This document shows, piece by piece, positions 52,030 to 64,000 of a stretch of 64,000 bases of DNA. This stretch comes from the human T2T-CHM13v2.0 reference genome, Homo sapiens. Under the pieces are notes generated by a model. That model did not search any database. It was given only the letters and a program-made list of their open reading frames with translations, and was not told the DNA's origin. The translations under genes and the position numbers were made by a program. The stretch lies in assembly GCF_009914755.1 (NCBI RefSeq), contig NC_060936.1; one strand, given 5' to 3'. Every line of letters starts with the position of its first letter. Position 1 is the stretch's first letter.

Positions 52030-52218
52030 AGAGTGAGTCTGCTAGCAAGACAGAGTCTTCATAAGGTAACATAGCTCCAGAAATGACATTCCACCACTGT
52101 TGCTATATTTTATTGGTTAGAAAAAAGTCATAGGTCCCACCCATATTCAAAGAGGGAATTACATAAAGCTGAGAACACCAGGAGGCAGGACTCATGGAGG
52201 GGAGTAACTTAGAGTCTG
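52030..52218 (-). mobile_element. MLT1-type LTR fragment truncated just before its terminus
   Basis: TATTGGTTAGAAAAAAGTCATAGGTCCCACCCATATTCAAAG...ACCAGGAGGCAGG...CTTAGAGTCTG. Confidence 0.75.
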
Positions 52219-52467
52219 AATAAGAAACAATAATAAATATAGAATACATATGAATAATAATATTTCATGGGCATCATTAATATTTCTCATAATAATGCTG
52301 CATTTCATGGTTCATGGTTCATTTCATAAACCAATTTCATTTAAACATGCAAGCTGCGATTATATTAAAAATAATAATAAATATAGAATATAATTGTAAT
52401 GATATTTTAGACTTTCTGGTTTCCCACAGTCTGTAACTTAGAGTCTAAAATATCATCCCAGTTATAG
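52204..52467. other. Templated-insertion patchwork junction
   Basis: Inverted copy of 50441-50502, direct copy of 54838-54858, and local direct and inverted repeats. Confidence 0.85.
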
Positions 52468-52702
52468 TCTTGGCTTAGTGCAACCTCCACCTCCTGAGTT
52501 CAAGCGATTCTCCTGCCTTAGCCTCCTGAGTAGCTGGGATTACAGGTGCCCACCACCATGCCCAGCTAATTTTTGTACTTTTAGCAGAGATGGGGTTTCA
52601 CCATGTTGGCCAGGCTGGTCTCGAACTCCTGACCTCAGGTCATCCACCTGCCTCGGCCTCCCAAAGAGCTGGGATTACAGGCGTGAGCCACTGCACCCGG
52701 CC
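52468..52702 (-). mobile_element. Alu lacking its 3' end and tail
   Basis: Begins at TCTTGGCTTAGTGCAACCTCC. Confidence 0.93.
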
Positions 52703-52923
52703 CCAAATATATATTCTTTGAGTGAATATATTTATTAAAAACAAAGTAACATGTTGAAATATGGTTTTAAGGTTTAAAATGTGATGATATCAATGAAAGT
52801 GCTTTATAAAGTGTAAAACATGCTGTAAATGTTAGGCCCTATTTTTATGATGACATCACCCACTTACCTTCTTAAAAATTATTGTATTTTTCTTTAAATT
52901 TTTATTTTTATTTTTGTTAGCAT

Positions 52924-53315
52924 TGTCCACCAAATACTTCTCATTTTTCCTCCTCCTGGGCACCTGGTGGGATTGCATTCACAGTTCCTCAAAGTGACCA
53001 AGTGATTTGCATTGAGCATTGAAAGGTGAGTGGGTGTAAGATGTGTCACTTCTGGATGGAAGCTTTAGGAGCTGGTATGTATGGTGACACTCACTATTCT
53101 CTTTTGCTGTAGCTAGATACAGTGTTTCCATGGTGATTTCTTACTCCATCTCAGCCTGGGTCCCTAGACATGGACTAGGCCAAGGAGAGTTCCCAGCTGA
53201 ATCAAAAAAAAAAAAAGCAGAGAAAGCAAGAAATAAACCTTTATTGCTTCAATTCACAGTTGGTTTGGGATTGTTTGTTACTACATCATAACCCAGCCCG
53301 TCCTGACTGACATAA
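52924..53315 (+). mobile_element. MLT1-type solo LTR
   Basis: ATGTGTCACTTCTGG...CAGCCTGGGTCCC...AATAAACCTTT...TTGTTTGTTACTACATCATAAC...CTGACTGACA. Confidence 0.75.
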
Positions 53316-53539
53316 TAACCAACTCTTCTTGGGTAAATAGCCTCTTGCTGGTCTTCACTATAGAACACACCAGAATTGCTCATATGAAAAGCAGTGAGCT
53401 TCTAATTGATTAGAGAATTCACAACTGTTTTCTGTGATTGTGAGTTTGTATTGTTCCTGATATCTTAACAAGTGTGGTATGTTGCATAGCCTTTCAGTGT
53501 GTATTGGTTTATTACTCTAAGGAATGACTGCCTAGCCAT

Positions 53540-53893
<354 letters not shown>

Positions 53894-55004
53894 TAGGCTG
53901 GGAGACCAGACCCTGCAAAGTTCAGACAACAGTCATCACCCTTTATCCTGTATCAGTGGGAGCTGTAGAAGACTCACAATGACTTTGTTTTACCTGCAAC
54001 CTCATAGTGCAACTCTTTTTTCCTGCCACTCTCTTCTTATGCTAGTTCTTTTCTTAATGAAGCCATGCAAACAAACTAGCTCTTTTGCAAAATTCAGTCT
54101 TCCAAGAAACCTGGCTTTTTGTCAAGTAAGAGCTTTAGAAGAGCCTCAAACCAGCAGACCTCACCAGCATATTCTAGTTTCAGATGTATGTGCTCTATGA
54201 CACTACAAAAAACTAGACAGAATTTGTCCTAGTTGGGGTTTTGGAAACCAAGAATGGGAAAGAGAGTGTATATATGAACATCCCCCACCCAGCCTTTGAC
54301 CTTGATTGAAATAAGGCAACCCCAAAGTCATTCAAAAGCTCATTGTTGGGGCTGGCTTTAGGGTAAGAATGGCCCTTTTTCACTGCGGCCTTTGTGATTA
54401 ATACACCAGATTCATAAATACACATATGTATTATACGTACATCCATTTTTATATCAATAGAAAATGCTTTCCAGATGTGTGTTTGAGGTGATAGGCTTTG
54501 TGCTGCAAAAGTTTTATTTTCTGTGAGGTCTCAGCCCAGCCTAGCATATAGCCTATTGTTTTTATATCAAAAAGACGGGTCTTACCTGCTTAATAAGCTG
54601 GAGGAATTCGCAGCAACCTGGGGGGAACTGAAGGAATGCAGCTTTCGGATCCGATTAGAGAGATGTGGCCAGGTCCCCAGGGTTCTCAGGTTTAGTTGCT
54701 GAGGCCTACAATGTCATCCATTGTCTTCTGCCGCCATGTGCGAAATGATTCAGGTTTCTGTGCCCCTCTGCCCCGCCCATGTGCAAGGCCCCAGAGCACA
54801 CCCAGGGGGCTGCTGACCACTAGGCTGTTGCTGTTGGCTTTCTGGTTTCCCACGGTCTTTGCAAGTGTTTTTTGTGGTGGCCTTTGTGGGAGCATGAAAA
54901 AGGGAGCCACAGTTTTCTGAGTCTCTCAGAGAAGTCCAGACTCCCAAAGTTTGATGCGTCTTTTCTCTTTGACTTGTGAGTGGCAGACGGCTTCAGTGCA
55001 TGAG

Positions 55005-55555
55005 CTTTAGAGTCAGAATTCTGTCTTGGTGTTTATCGACTGTGTAACCTTGGGCAAGCCACTTAACCTCTCTGAGCTCATCTGCTGTAGATCTGAACAC
55101 TTCACAGCTCTTGGGTTATTGAAAGATTAAATTAGATAATGCATGGACAGCTCTTAGCACAGAGTCCAACACATAACAAACGCCTAATAAATTGTAGCTA
55201 ATATTGTTATCATTATTATTACTATTATTAGGATGATTTATTTTATTTTTATTTATTTATTTATTTTTTTTGAGACAGGGTCTCTTTCTGTTGCTCAGGC
55301 TGGAGAGCAGTGGCGTGATCACACCTCACTGCAGCCTTGACTTCCTGGGCTCAAGCAATCCTCCCACCTCAGCCTCCTGAGTAGCTGGGACTACAGACAT
55401 GCACCACCAAGCCCAGCTAATATTTAAAAATTTTTTGTATGGATGGGGTCTCACTATGCTGTCGAGGCTAGTCTCAAACTCCTAGGATCAAGCCATCCTC
55501 CTGCCTTGGCCCCCTTAAGTGCTGGGATTATTGGCGTGTGCTGCTGCACTGGCCC
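55005..55555. mobile_element. MIR (55005-55230, +) followed by AluJ (55235-55555, -)
   Basis: CTGTGTAACCTTGGGCAAGCCACTTAACCTCTCTGAG; Alu dimer. Confidence 0.85.
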
Positions 55556-55662
55556 GTAATGATTTCACTTAAGCCTGAATCCACACTGATTTTCCCATGT
55601 GAGTCCACTGGCTTAGAAGTAGGTGTGAGTAAAATGCCTCTGGAAGTCCTTCCTGGACCTAC

Positions 55663-55709
55663 CTGAAATTTTTCTTGAAACATCTCCTTTGGGCACATCT
55701 TCCAGAGTC
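55663..55709 (-). other. Candidate 47-nt exon of an unidentified transcript
   Basis: Minus-strand acceptor GTGTTTGTTTTCAG|G and donor CAG|GTAGGT. Confidence 0.3.
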
Positions 55710-55768
55710 CTGAAAACAAACACTTTGTCCCAGTAGTTGGAGCCGTAATCAGGGACTTTGAACTCTAG

Positions 55769-56191
<423 letters not shown>

Positions 56192-56786
56192 TGATGTGAG
56201 CTTTCATCTTTTTCCTGAGTGGACCCCAGATGGGTACACACTAGGCACTCCATTAGCATGTCCTGAGTGAGGGGGTGGATGAAAAGAGGCTTAGCTAATG
56301 GTCATCCCGGAGGAAGTAATAATACGATGGTGATAATGATACTAAAATCAGTCATTTTCTGGGTGCTTATGTACTCTATACCAGGCAGTAGGCTGGGTGT
56401 TACATACAGATTTTTTTCATTTGCTTCTCAAAAGATACCCTTTGGTATAGACACCCTGGTGTCCTTTTAAGAGATGAGGATGTCGGGGTTTACCCCAAGT
56501 CCCCATGATGGTAAAGGGCAGAGCCCAGATTTGGGGCTAAAGAGTCTGATTCAAGAGCTCTTGCATCTGTCCACCAGGTTGTGGGGCCTACCTGACTCAG
56601 TTGTCAAAATGCTCAAGCTTTGAGTTGGCCTCGTGTTGATGTCCCCAAGGAGCTGCCCTGCTCTGTTTTAGATCAAGATGACTTAGGTGAGCTCATAAAA
56701 CTGGAGGGGCAAAATTTTAGATTCTCTGTTTAAAGAAAGGTAGGGACCTACTTGTCCATGGACAGATTGACTAGATCGTGCTTTAA

Positions 56787-57097
<311 letters not shown>

Positions 57098-58011
57098 TCA
57101 TGAAACCTTTAAAAAGAATGAGCTAGACTGGTACAAGTTCCTCCAATAATTTCATCTTTAGTTAATAATTATATACATTAAATATCTGTGTTTCTATACA
57201 AGGAGAAAAGGTCTATAAGATATATAACCAATGTTTAAGTGTTGGTTAAATCTTATACTTTTTCAGTTTTAAAATTATATTTATTATTTTAATCTGAAGT
57301 TTATATTTTTTCAATTAAAAAATAAATCAAAAACACAGAAGGATATACAGGGAAGACTCCTCCCTTTTCCTGTCCATAGCCTCCCAGTTTTTCTTCACAA
57401 TGGCAGCCACGGCTTTCCATTTATTATGTGTCTTTTTAGAAAGTGTCAATGCTCAGACTCCAATTAGGAGAGAGAGTTTTCTTTTTAGTGCGTACTTGTT
57501 TAGTATCCATTGCTTGAATTTTTCACAAGCATGGTTTTAAAAAAATCAAAGATAACAAAACATAATCATTAAAGGGCACAACTATTTGACCCCGTCTTAC
57601 CCCCAGCTTCAGAAGCAGATGCTATGAGACTGTCTCTTCTTTAACTGAGACAAGAAACTGTGTTCTCTGGTTCTCCAATAGCTACAACAGTGGAGCTTTC
57701 AACTGGGGTGGAGGAGAAAATCCCGAGGTCTTTGATCTCTGGTCCCATCACCTTGATTGGTCTCCATGGTAACCACCATATCCAAGTAGGTGGAGAATGA
57801 GTCCTATTGTTCCTTCCTCCCCACCTTCATTCCACCTTAATTACCCAGGCCTCGGTTTGCATTCATGAGCCAGGAAGACATGCATGTAGATAAAGTGACT
57901 CACCTGCCTCCTCTGTTCCTTTCTTTACCTGCCTTCTCTAGCTACAAGATGCCTCCATTGCTCTCATGGTCCTGGGTTCAAGTCTCAGTTATCTGTGTGA
58001 TTTAAGCCTTA

Positions 58012-58811
<800 letters not shown>

Positions 58812-60059
58812 TTAGTTGCTCCCAAATCTTAGTATTTGTCACATTGTATGACAGCTGTCCATTTCCTTACCTGTAACCACCTACTTTAGTTTGTGAGCAC
58901 CTAGAAAGCTGGGTCTGTGTTCTTTTTGGTGTTTAATTTCCTGGCAGAATATTTCTTCTAGAACATTCTTGGTAGATGTTTGGATATATTCATTGCACAA
59001 ATATTTATTGAGCAGCTACTATGTGTTGGGCACTATAGTTATGAACCAAAGAAAAGATCCTTAACCCCAGGGAGTTTATGTTCTAATGTGGGTGGATGCA
59101 TGGATGTGGTCTCTGGAATGCCTGACCATCAGCAATACGGATCTTCTTGTAGTTCTCCAGATACATGGGATTTTCATCTCTGCATTTGCACGTACCGTTC
59201 CCACTGCTTATGGTGTCCTTTCTCCAGTGTTTGCTCAATCTCCACACCCTAGCTGGGGGGAATAAATCCCTGCTATAAACCACTGTGTCTGTGACCCTCT
59301 GGCACTTTGAAAACCCAGTTCAAGCAGGGTTTCGAGTGTGTGGGTGCCCCTGGAATGTGGACCACAAGGGAATCAGGAGAACATCTCACACTTGACCTTT
59401 GCAGCTCCAGGACCCAGGTCAGGGCTTGGCACTGAGGAAGCCCTTAGCAGACATGTGCTAAAGAATGAGGGTGTGCCATCACATCCTCGCTCCTTCTGCT
59501 TCTGGCTGAGGACTGATTTAGTCTATAAGGGGCCTCTTCCACAATTCTGATCTCATCCACTACTTAATAATGAGACTAATTTAACTCTCAGAGACCGGTG
59601 GCAGAGGCCTGGCCAGGGCTCTGGGATTATCCAGAAACACGCTTCTCTAGGATGGCCAAGTGACCTGGTGGGCCTTGTAGTGCCCATTGTTCCCAGATAA
59701 CATGCACATTGTTTATTAACAACATTGATTGACTTTTCTGTTAAGAGAAGTGTTCCTTTCTCACATAGACAGTGTTTAAGTTTTGTTGAGAAACAAACAT
59801 TCATGCTATAGCTGCACAACTGTAATTATTTGGGGGAAGGGGGATTTATCCAAGGCTTGAGGGGATGTAGGGATGGGGCAGGCAGCCTTTTCCCCTGGGC
59901 AGGCTTGTTAGGACCCTGTAGGGGGCCACAGTCTCACACAACTGCATTTGATGTAGGCCTAGCTGGCTGTCTGGCTTCTCTGTTTCTGAAGATGAACTAC
60001 ATTTCTAGAAGAAGACATTCTGTCTATAAATTAGGACTCCTCACTCTTATTCCAGTGCT

Positions 60060-60305
60060 CTTTTCTTTTGTTTTTTTAGAGACAGGGTCTTACTTTGTCA
60101 CCAAGTAGGCTGGAGTGCAGTGGGGCAATCATTAGTAACTGTAGCCTCAAACTTCAGAGTAGCTGGGATTACAGGTGTGTGCAACCATGCCTGGCTAGTT
60201 TTTTTAAAAACAATTTGTTCAGATATGGGGTATTGCTGTCCTGCCCAGGCTCATCTTGAACTCTTGGCTTTAAGTAATCCTTCCACCCTGGCCTCCCAAA
60301 GTGGC
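60060..60305 (-). mobile_element. Degenerate AluJ with deletions
   Basis: Alu motifs; (TTTG)n follows. Confidence 0.85.
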
Positions 60306-60567
60306 AGTGTTTTTTGTTTGTTTGTTTGTTTGTTTGCCTTATAGAGTCTCTCAACCCAAAGAAATGGTTCTAGAAATTGCTTACTTACTGAGTCAAAGAT
60401 TGTTTTACCAGTACATTGGTGGAAAGAAAAATATTTTGAAAGCTATAGGTAAGCTTACTGGACTCCTCTTGTGCCTTCTATAAAATTCAGGTTTAGCTCA
60501 GGGGTAGCAAACACTAATATCTTGTAGGGTTGGGCAGGTAGCACAAATGAATGAAATTGATCAGAGA

Positions 60568-61393
<826 letters not shown>

Positions 61394-61607
61394 TGGAATG
61401 TAGGACAGGTTTCATTTCCACAAAGAATATGTCCCATTTTCATTGAAAAACATGGCGTTCCTCATCTATCTTAACTTCTGTACCTTAGTTTTTTATTCTC
61501 TAAAATAGAGTGATTGTAGTGATAATAATGATGATAAGACAGCACCCATTACCAGCCCTCAGAGCTTCACTGTGAGGATTAAATGAATGCGTTCACATAA
61601 TGAACTT

Positions 61608-61655
61608 AGGTAAGGGCCTAATACTCCAGGTAAGGGCCTAATACTCCAGGTAAGG
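61608..61655 (+). repeat. 20-bp tandem repeat, 2.4 perfect copies
   Basis: AGGTAAGGGCCTAATACTCC twice, then AGGTAAGG. Confidence 0.95.
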
Positions 61656-61677
61656 CCAGCTTTTATTTTTGTTATTA

Positions 61678-61762
61678 TTAGGTTGGTGCAAAAAACAATT
61701 GCATTTTTTTGCCATTTAAAAAGTAATGTCAAAACCTGGAATTACTTTTTGCACCAACCAAT
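61678..61762. mobile_element. MADE1 (Hsmar1-derived MITE)
   Basis: ~85-bp palindrome TTAGGTTGGTGCAAAA...TTTTGCACCAACC with TA flanks. Confidence 0.92.
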
Positions 61763-61774
61763 AAATCATTATGA

Positions 61775-62580
<806 letters not shown>

Positions 62581-62644
62581 CAAGAGACATGGGTATAAAA
62601 CCTATTACTGTCTGAAGCTCAATGATAAACAGCAACTGACACAG

Positions 62645-62953
62645 TGCAAGGGGCAATAGGGAGTGGTGGGGACTGTGGCAAAATGCAGGATCCCATCTCA
62701 AGGGACCACCCACCACTCAGCTCTAGCTGATTATGACCTTGTAGAAATGTAGGTTTAATGTTGCTACAACTTTCAAGTTTTCAAGAAAAGCTAGAAAATT
62801 GGAATTTTTTCAGTGTGAAAGCTTCTGATTTTTAAATGTTGGCAAATAAATCAAATTAAAAAAAAAATATCACGTGCGCCAACACTCTGTGAGCCAAACA
62901 AAAGAAGTCCGGGGGCTGAATTGTAGATCACATGCAGCCAGTTGTAATCTTGG
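62645..62953 (+). mobile_element. MER102-like hAT-Charlie relic
   Basis: GGAGTGGTGGGGACTGTGGCAAA...TTTTCAAGAAAAGCTAGAAA...TTTTTAAATGTTGGCAA...GCCAAACAAAA. Confidence 0.8.
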
Positions 62954-63659
62954 GTGTAGCTGATGCCTGTGGACCAGAGGAAGCTGCTGGCTTCTCAAGA
63001 GAGAAAGAGCACGACCTTGACCTCCGGCAGAAGCCTCTTTAGTAAGAACGAAGATAAGATAATGCATCCTTGACTTAAAACGCAAGTGCTGGGAGAACTC
63101 AGAGGAAGGGGAGATATTTAGTGCGCGGGACAGGCAGGAGTGCCTGAGAGTGGGCTTTGTCATTAAGAAGAGACATGAAGTGAATTTTATAGGAAGCAAG
63201 GGACAGGTCTGATATCACAGCTACACGTCAAAGGTAGCCAGAGTCCTAGGCTTGTCTAGATGGGGCCATGAAGTGCTTTTTGCTTTGTCTAAAGTTTTTA
63301 AAGATTCTTTTTGGGGGAAGTAAAGATAAAACTCGATTGTGTGATATCGTATACATTTGAGGAATTAACATCAGAATGCATTCATGGTTTCTCTCGGAGA
63401 AGCCAGGTTGCAGGCAATGCTCCACATGTTCAGGGCCGTCCAACTTAATACACCTCTGGAGTGGGCTCAAGCTCTCCTCCTGCTTACTTTCCTTTAAAAA
63501 GAATCAAAATGCCAATTTGAATTCCCCATCTTCAGAGGCAGACCGGGGCACACAATCATGTATAGAAATCCCTCCCCACACACACATCTGTTATACACAT
63601 TGCCACGGTGTACTCTGGTTGTTCAACAATGAGCAGAATTATTTCCTCTCATTACTTGC

Positions 63660-63810
63660 GATGTCGCTTCAAAACCGCACTCGGAAAAATAAAACCGCTG
63701 AAGGGGTCTCAGCCAATCCAACTGCCTTGCCAGCCCAACTTTCCAAACAGGAGTTGGGGGGGTGGCGGGGGAGGGGGGAGGTGTTGGGGTGCGCTGGGGC
63801 GGAGGTTGGC
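63660..63810. promoter_or_regulatory. Promoter/enhancer-like G-rich segment
   Basis: AACCGCA (RUNX-like), CCAAT ~63713, G-runs 63756-63800, GC box GGGGCGG ~63796, several CpGs. Confidence 0.3.
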
Positions 63811-64000
63811 TGTGTGTGAGGGAACAGAGCCATAGCTGGGATGAATTCCTGTTGCTTTCTGTGTGTCCCATTGCGTGTCTGTGTGAGTGTGGGTCCATGC
63901 ATATGTCTGTACATCTGTCTGTCTGTGTGTCTGTCTGCATGTCTGCATTTTTCTGTCTCTATCTGCCCCGATATCTCTCTGTACTTGTCTGTCTGTGTCT

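Noticed and set aside
52346-52358. CATGCAAGCTG also at 47756-47766 as a further template for the patchwork
   Set aside because: Only 11 exact bases; plausible by chance in 64 kb.

Overview
Primate (very probably human) intergenic/intronic DNA with no recognisable protein-coding exon, RNA gene, CpG island or prokaryotic system. I cannot name the locus from sequence alone. About 75 Alu copies or fragments dominate the window, with L1 3' ends, L2/MIR relics, MaLR/ERVL LTRs, DNA-transposon relics (MER81, MER5A, MER112, MER102, Tigger13-like, MADE1) and microsatellites. Nearly all supplied ORFs are chance translations of these repeats. Repeat subfamily names are from recalled consensus sequences and most boundaries are approximate (about 10-20 bp). 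The most interesting signals: (1) a retroposed 3' half of tRNA-Cys(GCA) and a tail-less Alu 5' fragment inserted in opposite orientations at one two-sided L1-endonuclease site (37.36-37.54 kb); (2) a ~250-bp junction at 52.2-52.47 kb stitched from copies of sequences 1.8 kb upstream (inverted) and 2.4 kb downstream, plus other fold-back scars (7.4, 9.5, 41.1, 58.6 kb); (3) one 17-bp target reused by an L1 and an AluY; (4) two old local duplications; (5) repeat-free islands with enhancer-like motif clusters, including six CAGCTG E-boxes in 195 bp; (6) a tentative minus-strand spliced non-coding transcript at 54.6-58.0 kb.
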